This document shows positions 28,420 to 42,870 of a DNA stretch of 64,000 bases, piece by piece. How positions within the stretch are numbered: the first letter of the stretch is position 1; each line of letters begins with the position of its first letter. Source of the DNA: Octopus vulgaris (taxonomy: Eukaryota); assembly GCA_951406725.2 (NCBI GenBank), contig OX597831.1, positions 80,352,001 to 80,416,000 on the forward strand. Direction: 5' to 3'. Under the pieces are notes generated by a model that saw nothing but the letters and a program-made list of their open reading frames with translations, did no database searches and was not told the origin of the DNA. A program made the translations under genes and the position numbers.

Positions 28420-29112
28420 AGGTGGTGGTGGTGTGGTGTTGATGGTAGTGGTGGTGGTGGTGGTGGTGGTGGTGGTAGTTGTAGTGGTGGTGATATTGGT
28501 GGTGATGGTGGTGTATGGTGGTGTATGGTGGTGTATGGTGGTGTATGGTGGTAGTGGTGGAGTGGTGGTTGTGGTGGTGGTGGTGGTACGGTGGTGGCAT
28601 GGTAGTGGCATGGTAGTGGCATGGTGGTGGCATGGTGGTGGCATGGTGGTGGCATGGTGGTGGCATGGTGGTGGCATGGTAGTGGCATGGTGGTGGCATG
28701 GTGGTGGCATGGTGGTGGTATGGTGGTGTATGGTGTTGGTGGTGATGGTGGTGGTGGCATGGTGGTGTATGGTGATGGTGGTGGTATTGTGGTGGTGGTC
28801 GTCGTCCTCGTCGTCGTACTGATGTTGAGGATGATGATGATAATGATGATGATAATGATGATGGTGGTGGTGATGGTGATGATGATGATGAAGAGGAGGA
28901 GGATGGTGATGATGATGAGGAGGAGGAGGAGGATGGTGATGATGACGCCGATAAATATGAAAGGGAGTATGAAAAGCGGGCCAGGTTGTACGTGTTGCGG
29001 CTGTTGGCAAAGACGAAGAAACAAAGAGATGAAGGGAGACAGACAGACAGACAAAGAGAAATGGAGTTAAATTTTGGTGTTCGTATGCGTGTTGTGTATG
29101 TTTGTGTGTGTT

Positions 29113-29165
<53 letters not shown>

Positions 29166-29345
29166 TTGTGTGTGTTTGTGTGTGTGTGTGTTTGTGTGTG
29201 TTTGTGAGTGTGTGTGTGTGTGCATACGTGCGTATGTGCTCTTGTATATTCATACATACATGTGTGTGTGTGTATATATGTATACATATGTTCGTGTGTG
29301 CATGTGCGCCATGTGTGTGTGTGTGTGTGTGTATGTGTATGGCCA
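28420..29345. repeat. (GGT)n/(GGTGGCAT)-type, (GAT)n and (TG)n tracts
   Basis: Direct reading. Confidence 0.92.
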
Positions 29346-29755
29346 TGTGTCCATGTGTGCATGTATATGAGTTTTGCGTACGTAGATGTGTGCACCATCA
29401 CCGTCGGTGTAATCAATTAGGTCTTCACGTAATTATGGTGTTGGTCACGTGATCTTTTTATGAAAAATCACCGGCGACAAAACAGCTTATTTGTCTCTGT
29501 CCCAAAATCTACCACTCAGACTGTTTGCCAGTCTGTCTGTATGTCTCTACCCCCAATATCAATCTCTCACTCCACCTGACAGTCTATCTGTCTATCGACT
29601 TGTCTGTGTGTCGATATGTTTCTCTCCCCCTTGTACTCCGTCCATTTGTCTTTCTGTCTGTTTGCCTGGTGCATGATTATGTCTCCCAGTTTACTTATAC
29701 TCTTTACTCTCTTTCTTTCCCTCTATTTACCTATCTATCTTTCTATCTATCTATC

Positions 29756-29786
<31 letters not shown>

Positions 29787-29855
29787 CTGTCTGTCTGTCT
29801 ATGTATCTATCTATCTATCTACCTATCTATCTGTCTGTCTGTCTGTCTGTCTGTC

Positions 29856-30373
29856 GGATCTTTTCAAATTTGTGGCCAGGACCCCAGATCTTTCTAGTTA
29901 ACTAAATAATTTGAAACTTTGTGTACTCATAGAGTGGAACTAGTTTATTCGCCAGTTGGAACTAGTTTATTTGAGAAAAATCTATTTTATGACTTTAATC
30001 GTAGATTAAAACTGCGAATTTTAACCAATGAGATTGCTTGTTTTCATATCTAAAACGTTACTGCGATCTGTTAGTGTGACGTTGAAAGCAGTTTTGTGAC
30101 GTCTGCTATTTCTAAAAAGCTTTGTGTGTGGTAAAGTAATTTTTTTACTTTACCATATTTTTATAAATTATATCGGAGAATCCATATTTTTATAACATAT
30201 ATCGGAGAATCCATGTGATTTTTCGTTGTTTTTCTCTTATACGTATGTGAATTATTTCTGAGTATGCATTGTCTGGGAGACTTTTTCTTGCAGTTGAGAA
30301 ATTTTTGGCTGCTATTTCTAAAAAGCTCGGTGTGTGGTTAAGTAATTTTTTTACTTTACCATATTTTTATAAA

Positions 30374-30422
<49 letters not shown>

Positions 30423-31045
30423 TTACTCGGTGTATGTGTATATGTATGTCTGCATGTGTGTGTGTATGTATGTGTGTGTGTGTGTGTAAGTATGTGTAAA
30501 AAATTACATTGAATCGGCCATACATACATACATACATACATACACATACACAGATACATACACACATACATTCAGGCATATACACATACACCGAGTAAAA
30601 AATTTCAGTTATCTCTCTCTTTCACACATTACTCTCTCTGTCTCTTCACACACACTAACAGAAGCACTTCACTTACACAACATACTGTCTCCCACACCCC
30701 ATCAAACACACACACACACATGTACATCAATGCTTCCCCTAGACGGTAACTTCGAAGACAAACTTTTGTTATTAGAAGGTGGCTGACTATAGCTTGTTTA
30801 CATTGTTTAATACGTCACGAAATTGGTGGTCGAGACGGAGTAAATAAAATAAAGCCGAATGACGGAATATCATTGGTTAAAATTCTAATTATTAAACAAC
30901 GTTAAACTTAGAAGTTACAATTCCGTTTTCATTCTGGTTTACAATTAAGTTTACTTTTGACACATTCTACCAGTATACGAAGTTTCAAATTGTTTGGTTC
31001 AGTAGGAAAAATTTGAAAAAACTGGCTTCAGAATAGAAAAGATCC
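29856..31045. mobile_element. Non-autonomous DNA transposon/MITE with long imperfect TIRs
   Basis: Termini ggatcttttc/gaaaagatcc; subterminal inverted matches aactaaataatttgaaactttgtgtactcatagagtg vs cattctaccagtatacgaagtttcaaattgtttggtt, and aattttaaccaatga vs tcattggttaaaatt; flanked by tgtctgtc on both sides. Confidence 0.75.
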
Positions 31046-31051
31046 TGTCTG

Positions 31052-31133
<82 letters not shown>

Positions 31134-31134
31134 A

Positions 31135-31770
31135 AATCTATCAAACGGGAAGGAAGAGCTATTTTCATCATCCTTGTGGCTATGGCGAAAGAATGTATCT
31201 GGTGGACGCGTCTGAAAGGATTGGAGACAAACACTTTCCTCTCTGGTCAATCTCTCATCAACTTCTTCAAGTACCACTTGAAAAGGAAAGTGAGAGTAGA
31301 GAGGCAAGTTTTGTCTAGCGAATGTTTTAAAAAAAGATGGGTGAATGTAGCAAGAATGGCACGTATGAATGACGAAGCCACCTTGAGCATGATCCTATGA
31401 ACCCAGAAATTGAAAACAGAGAGTTGCTTATTCGCAAAAAAAAAAAAAAAAAAGAAATATAACATCTGACTCCATTGACCGAGGTTACCGTGGTCTTTTC
31501 CGTAGGCTTTTCTTTCCACGGGTAAACCTCACCTGTCCTCCCCTTTACACTTCATATTGACATTTCTGTGATAACGATCCCTATTGATCAATTATTTTTT
31601 TCCTCTCCCCCTTTTTTTTTTAACCCCCCTTTTTTTTGTCCTCTTTCTCTCCTTTTACGATCCCTTTTGATCGAAACTACCCCTTCCTTTTTTTTAAACC
31701 TTCAAAAGAAAAGCTCTACCTTGTAATTTGTTCTATCTGTGTGCAGCCCTGTGTGGCTAATAAAGAAACA
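31135..31770 (+). mobile_element. 5'-truncated Tx1 copy (same subfamily as 24971-25833)
   Basis: MAKECIWWTRLKGLETNTFLSGQSLINFFKYHLKRK and a near-identical 3' UTR; (TATC)n on both sides. Confidence 0.92.
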
Positions 31771-32049
31771 TATCTATCTATCTATCTATCTATCTACCTT
31801 TCAATCTGTCTACCTATCTATGTACCTAACTATCTACCTATCTTTCTACCTATCCATCTATCTACCTGTCTGTCTGTCTGCCAATCTATCTATTGTTTAT
31901 CTATCTCCATCCCTATCTTCATGCTTCTCAAAGAAAATGGTGCATACAAGTGACCCCTTACTTTTCAGTCTGTATATCTCAGTTCACCCCTCGGCAACGA
32001 GACCAACATTGTATACTACATGTACATACATACATACATACATGCATAC

Positions 32050-32096
<47 letters not shown>

Positions 32097-32109
32097 CTAT
32101 ATATATATA

Positions 32110-32270
32110 GTCAATCCAAACATAAACAAGCAAGAAAAAACAACACGAGGACGTGGATCAAGTACAGTGTTATTGGACGCTCAGGAAAGGAAAGAAAAGA
32201 AATAGGATTTCACGTTCCGAGTGGAGCTCTTCATCAGAAATTTAGTAAAAGTCCAAAGAAGGGAAGACGA
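32110..32270 (-). mobile_element. Short ORF-less hammerhead-motif element (second subfamily)
   Basis: Minus strand attt-CTGATGA-A-GAG-ctcca-CTC-GGAA-CGTG-aaat; homologous to 40982-41178. Confidence 0.7.
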
Positions 32271-33401
32271 TACACACGCAGTCATATACACATATATACA
32301 TATTTTGTTCCCAATTTTGACTCTTCATAAATCCAAAATTTTATTTTGAAATTTATGGACCATCTGTCTTCGAAGACTCATATTGTCGTTGAATGCTCGA
32401 AATGAGGAGTAGATAGACAGCCGACAACTGATGAAGGGTCGTTCTTTGTGTTACTTGTCCTGTTTTCCATTTTTTCTTTCTCGTTCTTTGCGTATTTAAC
32501 TCGTTTGTTTTCGTACTTCATTTTGTTTACAGTTGGTAGCATCCTGTACCTGTATATGCATATATATGCATATCTCCAATTTACCGTTTTCTATTTGTCT
32601 CCCTCGCCCTCTTTCTCTATTTCTCTCTCTCGTTGCTCACACGTGACCATCGTCCATCTTTCTTTTCCTCACGTAACAATCTTTCTTTTCCTGCACGACG
32701 TTCTAAGGACTGGACGTCTTCTATCTCTCTCTTCTATCTTTTCTCTTTTCAAAGATATTATACAAGTAGTAAATATCCGAAATAAACAAGCAGTAAATAT
32801 TTCCACGAAATACAGGGAGAAGATTACGAAACGGCTGTAATCATATGAAAATTATATGTAAATGATTCACCTCCAATCACTTCTTCGGTCTCTCACACTG
32901 CACATAAGCCCCCCAGCCAACCAGGGTAGCTGTATGTTGTATCTCGAACTGCTAGATGTAATAGCAGGCAAACCTTGAAATCACATCCCACTGTCTTAAA
33001 AATATTAGTAATGTAGTCTTGTATACGGTATATCCGAATGGAAATTATTACGTGTTAGCCACGGCTGGAATGCCTTTGATATTAGGAGACGCTCAGATAT
33101 GTAGAGGTGCTAATTAATAACAACAAAATGCTGAAATATTTTGAAGTCACGAAGGGGTTTTTTGTTTGGGTCCTTGTTTGGTTTTCCTTGCCTTGAGTTC
33201 TCCATTCCCGAGAGTTGTGACCCCTTTGTAACATAAGGCGTGTCTTTGAGCATCGAATCTTGGCAGACATCTCTCTCTCCCCCCTCTCTCTCTCTCGCTC
33301 GCTCTTCCTCTCTCTCTCTCGCACCCTATCACTCCCTCTCCCTCAGAATCCAACCACAGTTGACTTCTTCCAGAAAGCGAGAGATGAAAAGACAGACAAA
33401 C

Positions 33402-33435
<34 letters not shown>

Positions 33436-34109
33436 AGAGAGAGAGGGAAACGAATAGAAAGAGACAATGGAATAGGCAGAGAGAAAAAAGAAAAAAGAAC
33501 GAGAGAAACAGAGCGAAAGAAAGAATGAGAAATTAAGAGAAGGAAAGAAAGAAACAGAAAAGAAAGAAGGAAAAAAGGAAAGAAAGAAAAAAAGAAAGAA
33601 AGAAAGGAAGTAAGGAAGGAAGGAAGGAAGGAAGGAAGGAAGGAAGGAAGGAAGATGGTAGAGAGATCAGTGCGCTAGAAATAGCAGTTAGATCGCCCTC
33701 AAATTATACAATAACGTGTCGCTACAGGTATACATACAAGATGGTCAAGGCTAGAACGCCTATGGTCATAAACCTGCAAATTCAGTGCGTCTCTGATGCT
33801 AAACAAAAATAACAACAACAACAACAACAACAACGATAGACACAAGTCATTCGCCTCCGTCGCTGTGACTGCAATGATGCGAATTATTCATACGTAATTA
33901 AATTAATGCGCGCATGCGTACTGATGCATGAACAAATATCAGTGGATATCCAGGGATATATGGGTAGATGTGTGTATGTGTGTGTATATATAATTGCACA
34001 CTACAAACATACTGATAGTTATACATATACGCGCATGCGCATGTCTACTCATATGTAGGCACACCTGACCATCTACACATTTCCGTGTGAACAACAAATG
34101 CATAGGCAA

Positions 34110-35232
<1,123 letters not shown>

Positions 35233-35817
35233 CAACCCCCTTAAATGTACCCACATATACATATGCACGTGTGCATACCTGTACGAAAGAGAGAATGAGA
35301 GAAAGCGAAATAGAAAGAGAGAGGGGGTAATGAGGAGGAGGAGGAGGAGGAGGCGCGAAACACAGAAAGTGCGCGAGTGTAAGACCGAAAGTGAGAAAGA
35401 CAAACAACATTGAAACAAACCTCAAACAAACGTTTCCCTCCCTCCCCCCTGCCCCCTCCTCCCGTTTGCTTTTGTCTCGTTTTCGCCCGGATTTATTGAG
35501 CTGTAATAACACAGCAATGACATATCCTGCTGTTATTTACTAAAGATCGTAAACATTCACAATATGAATCCTCCCCACTGTCATTTGCCTTTTATTAATG
35601 TTAAACTTTCTGCACCAATTTTCCGCCATTTGCTATCTACATCGTTTGCTCGTTTGCTTACTCTATATCATTCCCCTTTTCTTTGTTTCGTCGTTCATGC
35701 TTACACTCTTTTCCTCTCTATACACCACACACACAAACACACAAATATATGCATACATATAATTATATAAACCTATATGTTAAATACATATACATACATA
35801 CACATTTATATATTCAT

Positions 35818-35870
<53 letters not shown>

Positions 35871-35909
35871 ATATGTATAAATATATATATATAAATATAT
35901 ATATGTATG

Positions 35910-35944
<35 letters not shown>

Positions 35945-36309
35945 CATATACATAAATACATATACATGTATATATGTAAATATATATATATATACACGCA
36001 TATATATGTATAAGTATATATGTGCATGTATATGTATGTGTGTGAGTATGTGTGTATGTAATCTCTTGTTTTAATATCTCTCCTCTTTTACCTTTTTCGA
36101 CTTCTTCCCCTCCTCTTCTCCTCGTTCTCCTCCCCCACCTCCTCTCTATGTCCCATTCTCCCTCACCATCTGTTTGAATATGTGTGTGGCTGTCTTTATA
36201 TGTGTATGAATTTGTGCGTACTTTATTTATATATATATACATACCTACATATATATATATTTGTGTGTGTATATATATATATATGTATATATATATATGC
36301 ATATGTATA

Positions 36310-36352
<43 letters not shown>

Positions 36353-36434
36353 GCATATGTGTATATCTATGTATATGTTTAATTATATACATGTATATAT
36401 ACATACATAGAGGTAGATAGACAGACATATACAC

Positions 36435-36506
<72 letters not shown>

Positions 36507-37044
36507 TATCTTAGTTTATTTTTTCTCCTCTTCTGCATCAACATCTTCTGTTCTTTCTGTTTCTTCTTCTCTTCTTCCCTTTCTTCTTCTTCTTCCCTGC
36601 CTTTTCTTCATTTTCTTACACCCCCTCCCCCCTACTTTATACTGCTGTCTTCCATATTTTTTCCTTAGCTTCTTTCTGGAATTATGTTTGAGCAGCAAAC
36701 ACCTCATTGCATTTGGATTGTCGTGGAAAACCAACGACCCGGCGTTAATACAATGTTTGGGATGATGGTATGTGAGAGGAGTGGGAAAAGAAAGAGATGG
36801 GGAGAAAGAGAGAGAGACATGGTGATGAAAATCGAAAAGGAGAGCAGGAAGAGAGAGGGAAGGAGGGCTAAATATGAAAAAGAGAGTAACGAGAGAGGGA
36901 GAGGGAGGAAGGTGGAGAGTAAGGGGTGAATATGAAAAAGAGAGTAAAAGAGAGAGAGGGAGGTGAATATGAAATTGGTTTGGTCAAAAGATCCGTTCTG
37001 TTTTTTTGGGTTTTTTTTAGCGAAAATAAAACAAGTTTTCATTC

Positions 37045-37745
37045 AATGATATAATTACCGTTTCGTTCCATTATCTTCTGCCATATTGTGGGCAGATCCA
37101 TTTTTCCCTGCTCATAGAATCTCTTGCCTTTACAAGCGAAAAACTCTACCGGGTGAATCTTTGCATCCCCTTCGCAGTTGAAGGTCTGTCTTCATTCAAT
37201 GAATTTTGAAGAAACTGTAACAGGTGGAAATCCGAAGGTGCAAAGTCGGGTGCATGTGGAGGATGCGACTAAACGCCCCAGTCAAGCCCCAGTAACTATT
37301 GGTACGTCTGCAAAGAACTGTGCCGTCTGGCATTGCCGTGATGAAAGACAATGCTCTTACGATTATCAATTGCTGCTCTCTTCTAGTGGATCGCTGCATT
37401 TAATTCGTCCAGATGATCATAGCACAAATCTGAAGTGAGTGTCCTCTTAGTACGAAGAAGCTCGTAAAAGATAGCTCTCTTCTAATCCCTCGAGATTGAA
37501 AGCATTCAAGTGAAGTCCTGATTTGGACTTTGTTTGTGGTGGTTTGCCGCACTTGCCCCATGGTTGTATTTTATTCCCTGTCACCATTCTTTTCAAACCC
37601 GAATCGCTTTCTTCATATTTCTGCAACAAATCGCAGATAGAAAGCCATTGAGCGAGGTTAGCCACATTCAATTGATGTGGGACCCAAATATCGAACTTGT
37701 TGGCATAACCAAGTTGATGTGCATGGTTTTCAACTCTTGATAAGG
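37045..37745 (-). mobile_element. Degraded mariner transposase remnant
   Basis: Manual minus-strand pieces LSICDLLQK...LKRMVTG, VFHHGNARRH and DFAPSDFHL.QFLQNSL; many deletions. Confidence 0.75.
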
Positions 37746-37769
37746 ATCTTTAGAGTTTTCGTTCCCCAA

Positions 37770-38245
37770 ATTCTCTCACAAGGCATTGGTCGGCCCGGAG
37801 CTATAGTAAGAAGACACTTGCCAAAGGGGCAGTGGGGCTGAACCCAATACCAAATGGTTGCAAAACGAACTTTTCAGACTCATAACGAAAACAAAAAGAA
37901 GATATGTCTAATTATTCTACATCAAGCTAATGAGGATCCGAGATGTACCTTCTTCTAAAATTGGTAGGGTTCTTAAAGAATCAAGTCTCTTTTTCTTTAA
38001 ATTATGAATTTTAAAAATCATATCAAAATGCATTCATCTAAAGATTTCCTGCAATAAGCGTAGCTGTGTGTTTACGTTCTTGTAACTTTGCAGTTCGGCA
38101 AAAGAGACCGATAGAATAAGCACCAGGCTTTAAAAATGGAAAAAAAAAGATACTGGGCTTGATTCATTCTACAAAAAAATTCTTCAAGGCGGTGCACCAG
38201 CATCGCCGCAGTCTAATGACCGAAACAACTAAAAGATCAAAGATA
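37770..38245. mobile_element. SINE family A fragments (37770-37880 minus; 38070-38245 plus)
   Basis: Match head and tail of 38417-38850. Confidence 0.7.
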
Positions 38246-38416
38246 GTTTCAGAAATAATTTTTTAGAATATTTAACCCGTTCTAACCTATGGTCACTAAA
38301 ACAGATTGAGTGTCCAATCAGCTGGGCCGAGTCATCGAACTCCAAACATTCACACCCAATAATCGATGATGTGGTTTCGGATATGATTTATTTTAGTGTT
38401 GTAATTTCTTATTCCA

Positions 38417-38572
38417 GAGTGGCTGTGTGGTAAGTAGCTTGCTTGCTAACTACATGCTTCCGGGTTCAGTCCCACTGCGTGGCAACCTGGGCAAAGTGTC
38501 TTCTACTATAGCCTCGAGCCGACCAAAGCCTTGTGAGGGGATTTGGTAGACGGAAACTGAAAGAAGCCCGTC

Positions 38573-38630
<58 letters not shown>

Positions 38631-38850
38631 CTGTGTATATGCTTGTGTGTCTGTGTTTGTCCCCACAACATCGCTTAACAACCAATGCTGGTGTGATTAC
38701 GTCCCCTTAACCTAGCGGTTCGGCAAAAGAGACCGATAGAATAAGTACTAGGCTTACAAAGAATAAGTCCTGGGGTCGATTTTCTCGACTAAAGGCGGTG
38801 CTCCAGCATGCCACAATCAAATGCCTGAAATAAGTGAAAGAGTAAAAGAG
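38417..38850 (+). mobile_element. tRNA-derived SINE family A (octopus-type), full length with internal (TA)n
   Basis: A-box-like gtggctgtgtggta, B-box-like ggttcagtccc, conserved body and aaagagt tail repeats; multiple copies in the window. Confidence 0.88.
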
Positions 38851-38926
38851 TAACCTACGTGGTATGTTTGACATGCGACTAGCATGGCTATTTCCTCTTA
38901 TTTTACGTATGGTTGTAAGTCCTAGG

Positions 38927-38985
<59 letters not shown>

Positions 38986-38994
38986 CATTATTAA

Positions 38995-39600
38995 GGCGGC
39001 GAAATGCGAGCCGTATTTCGTCTGCCGTTACGTTCTGAGTTCAAATTCCGCCGAGGTCGACTTTCCCTTTCATCCTTTCAATGTCGATAAATTAAGTACC
39101 AGTTACGCACTAGGGTCGATATAATCGACTTAATCCGTTTGTCTCTCCTTGTTTGTTCTCTCTGTGTTTGGCCCTTTGTGGGTAATAAAGAAATAGGTAT
39201 TTCGTCTGTCTTTACATTCTGAGTTCACATACCGCCGAGGTCGACTTTCATCCTTTCGGGGTCGATAAATTAAGTACCAGTTGAGTACTGGAGTCGATCT
39301 AATCGACTTTTCCCTCCCCAAAACTTTGGGGCCAGGTGGCTCGAGTAGAAAAGGATATTATTATTATTACTATTATGATTATTATTTTTTTTTTAAGGCG
39401 GCGAGCTGGCAGATCGTTAGCACGCGAAATGCTTAGCGTTATTTCGTTTGCATCTACGTTCCGAGCTCGAATTCTGACGAGGTCGACATTGCCTTTCATC
39501 CTTTAAGGATCCATAAATTAAGTACCAGTTATGTACTGGGGTCGATGTAATTGCCTACTCCCTTTCCCCTATATTTCAAGCCTTCTACCTATAGTAAAAA
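38995..39600 (+). mobile_element. Three tandem or partial copies of SINE family B, flanked by (ATT)n
   Basis: Repeated gagttcaaattccgccgaggtcgactt...catcctttcggggtcgataaattaagtaccagtt...ggtcgat core; B-box-like gagttcaaatt. Confidence 0.85.
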
Positions 39601-39886
39601 GAATTATTATTATTATTATTATTGTTGTTGTTGTTGTTGTTGTTGTTGTTTTAAAGATGTTAATAACACGTTGCTCTATTCACCAATATTTAGAGAAATA
39701 TCAGCTCCCATTATCATGCAGTAAATAAACACATTGTCATCGATAAATCAATAAGCGTGCTATTAAAATTTATTATCTGCTCAACAAATCGCTTACATAC
39801 ATCCCCCTTGTATTATTCTGCCGTTCAGTGATTGTGTGTATGTGTGCGTACACGTTTATGCATATACCTATACGCACGTATACATG

Positions 39887-39952
<66 letters not shown>

Positions 39953-40393
39953 CACTCACACATGTATTTAAATATATTTATATATATATATCACCGTTTA
40001 CATAGCCTGTGTTTCTTATAGATAGGTGCGTGTGTGTATGTTTGAGTGTGTGTGTATGTATGAGTGTGTATAGTGTGTGTGTGTCTGTTTATATGCATAT
40101 ATGTATGTTCATACATCTTTGTATATTCAAGAATATATTTATGCATGTGATCGTACGTGTTTGTATGTATGTATGAATGTATGTATGTATATATGTATGC
40201 ATATATGTATGTATGTATGTATTTTTTGTATGTATATAGTTGATGTTATTCGAGAACGCACGAGAGTTTCGTGAATTAGTAAGTGGCAACTCACAAAATT
40301 CCCGGACTTTGAGTCACTCTGTTAATTCTGCTAAATATTAATAAAAATATACATACATTCGTATTTTGAGTTCTATTTTGCCTGTTTGCATCA

Positions 40394-40460
40394 AAATCGA
40401 ACTAGGCTCCTAAGAGCCCATGGCCAAACTCCATGGGCTCTTAGGAGCCTAGTTCGATTT
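40394..40460. repeat. Perfect 30-bp inverted repeat with 7-nt loop
   Basis: aaatcgaactaggctcctaagagcccatgg-ccaaact-ccatgggctcttaggagcctagttcgattt. Confidence 0.95.
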
Positions 40461-40508
40461 GTTTTGCTCCGCCTCTGTTCTGTTTTTGTTTTTTCCCAAC
40501 GGATTTCC

Positions 40509-40601
40509 TATTTCTTCCTGAAGAGAAAGACACAATATGGTCTCATTATTCAATCGGAATTTGGTAAATTGTGCCTTTCGAAACACGTGTAGAATGAAAT
40601 A
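40509..40601 (+). ncRNA. Type I hammerhead ribozyme (canonical core)
   Basis: Stem I tatttcttc / gaa-t-gaaata; core CTGAAGA (40518-40524); stem II gaaagacacaat / attgtgcctttc; GAAA (40580-40583); palindromic stem III AC-acgt-GT; GUA cleavage triplet ending at 40591. Confidence 0.75.
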
Positions 40602-40646
40602 AAACGATTTCTGTTCAATCTTCGTTCAACTCCATTTCTTCAATTC

Positions 40647-40796
<150 letters not shown>

Positions 40797-40945
40797 AGTT
40801 CAGTAAAAATTTAGTTTCAGTTGAATATGGTACTTAAGTTAAAGACACCAGAATTTGATATGGTATTATCCATATAATTCAAAATGGGGTGATTATAATC
40901 AAGACATAGCAACAAGGATATCCAAAGGCAATGATTTACCTTTGT

Positions 40946-40981
<36 letters not shown>

Positions 40982-40983
<2 letters not shown>

Positions 40984-41172
40984 TGTGTACCGTTAGCGAT
41001 TTTTTCCTCTGTCTTCCCTTCTCTGGATCTTTCCTTCACCTATGTTTCCGACGAAGAGCTCCGCTCGAAACGTTAAACCCTCCTTCTTTCCTTCTTTCCT
41101 GAGCGTCCAATAATACTATATTTGTTCCAAGTCCTCCCGTTGTTGTGTTTTTTTGTGTTTTCTTGTTTGGAT

Positions 41173-41178
<6 letters not shown>
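40982..41178 (+). mobile_element. Short ORF-less hammerhead-motif element (second subfamily)
   Basis: gttt-CCGACGA-A-GAGC-tcc-GCTC-GAAA-CGTT-aaac at 41044-41078; (TA)n on both sides. Confidence 0.72.
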
Positions 41179-41213
<35 letters not shown>

Positions 41214-41218
<5 letters not shown>

Positions 41219-42868
41219 TGTTACATTACTCGGTAGTCAAGATAAAACTCTGAGTTTCAGATGCCGAAGTGGAAATCCACAACACCATCTCTTCGGTTAT
41301 CTGGCTATTTGAAAACGTTATGAAAAAATACCGTTAAAAATGAAGGGAAATTACTCTGTTATAACTCTGCTTTGCCTGCGTACTTATACATCGCTCGCAT
41401 TTTTCGTCATAAAAATTATATAAAAATACATAAAAAATATATAAAAATATATAAAAATATATAAAATCTTCTTGGGACATAACACAGAAAGCATGTTCTA
41501 TCCGTTTTCTTTAGGGGACCAAAAACGTAACAGAAATTTAGTCACATGTGGGCATGATCCGAAAAGTTCTGTCCTTGTATTTAGACATGTGGTAGGGTCT
41601 AAGCTGCTTTTCCAGATAAGCCATCTCTCCATGTCGCATAAACCGCACCTTCCGCTGCCGTTAGTATAGGGCTTACATCTGGCCAAAATCTTCCATTGTA
41701 TGTTATAATCGACACCTTTATCTCTTAAAGACCAAATATGATTGGATAATTGTGTCGCTTTTCTTTTGTTCCAGTGCCTAAAAGCTCAAAGTGTGGTTAT
41801 TGAACCTGGTCTTGAAATTATCCCTCTGTCAGGCCCACGTATTTCTTCAGTCAAAACGGTGTCTTTAGTGGTTATAGAGTTTACGGTAGCCTCATATATG
41901 ATGGTCTTGGACATGCAAGCTCCATTTAGCGGGCACAATTCTTTATTCCTGCATGAACAGCTGTTTTCTTCTTGTGTTTTTTGTATGTTATGATTGATTA
42001 TGTTTTTAAAATTGGTAGTTGAACTAAAACTAATTTTTAAATTGTGTCTATTGAAGAGTTTCCTATAAGCATGGTTAACTGGAAAATGTCTATCTATCAG
42101 TGCTAGGAAATATTTACCTATATTGAAGGCCACCTCGGGTGAGTAAGGGGGCGTAAACCAGATGACCTTCCTATTTCTATTATTCCTTTTCCTTATTGTT
42201 GGGCTGGTGATAGGTGTATATTTTATTTTTCAGCTAAAACCACTATCTTTTAAAGCTTTATTATAAACTGGGGCAACGCTATTGAAGATGTCCTCATTAG
42301 ATGAGAGGCTAGAAATCCTATTACTAATATTTTTAACTAAATTTTTGAATACTATAGGGGGATGGCATGAACCTACATTAATATAACTTAGTCTATCATT
42401 GGGCTTCCTATAAGGCTTATAAATATTATTATTAAGATCTAAGGAAACGTCTAAGAAATTGACAACCGTCAGGTTAGTGTCTATAGTTATACTAAGTCCG
42501 AAGTGTTTCATTAACTGGATAATATCCTTCCTAAAACGATCTTGTGCTGGTCCATTTGTATTAGCTGTTAAGGCGAGGGCATCATCTTTGTAGATGGCGA
42601 AATGTACGTTAGGGAATGTCTTACTGAAGGTATCTAGGAGAAAGAGTCCAATTAGATCTAGATGCCTGCCCCATCATATGAACCCATGCTCACATCGAAA
42701 GCGCTCGTGTCGTGTTTTTACCCACTTGCATTCTCACTGAAAAGTAATGTCTTAGCATGAAGAAATACTGAAAATTAAGACCTTATCATGGTACTAATTT
42801 CTATGAAGTCACTAGCGAAGATTAGGCTTTATCTAGCAGTTCTTTAGAGATAGAGGAGGCATAAAAAT
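41214..42868 (-). mobile_element. Penelope-like element, left arm of palindrome (5'-truncated)
   Basis: Reverse complement of 42871-44516 with scattered small indels; encodes the same RT and GIY-YIG peptides. Confidence 0.9.
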
Positions 42869-42870
42869 TG

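Noticed and set aside
33712-33735. Partial resemblance to miR-993/miR-10 family (ctacaggtat)
   Set aside because: Only a 10-nt match, no precursor hairpin, and it lies in a degraded repeat similar to 32940-33080.
42230-42232. In-frame TGA in the left PLE arm as possible selenocysteine (as in Naiad PLEs)
   Set aside because: Not at a Cys position, absent from the right arm (one-base indel), no convincing SECIS, and the endonuclease here is C-terminal, unlike Naiads.
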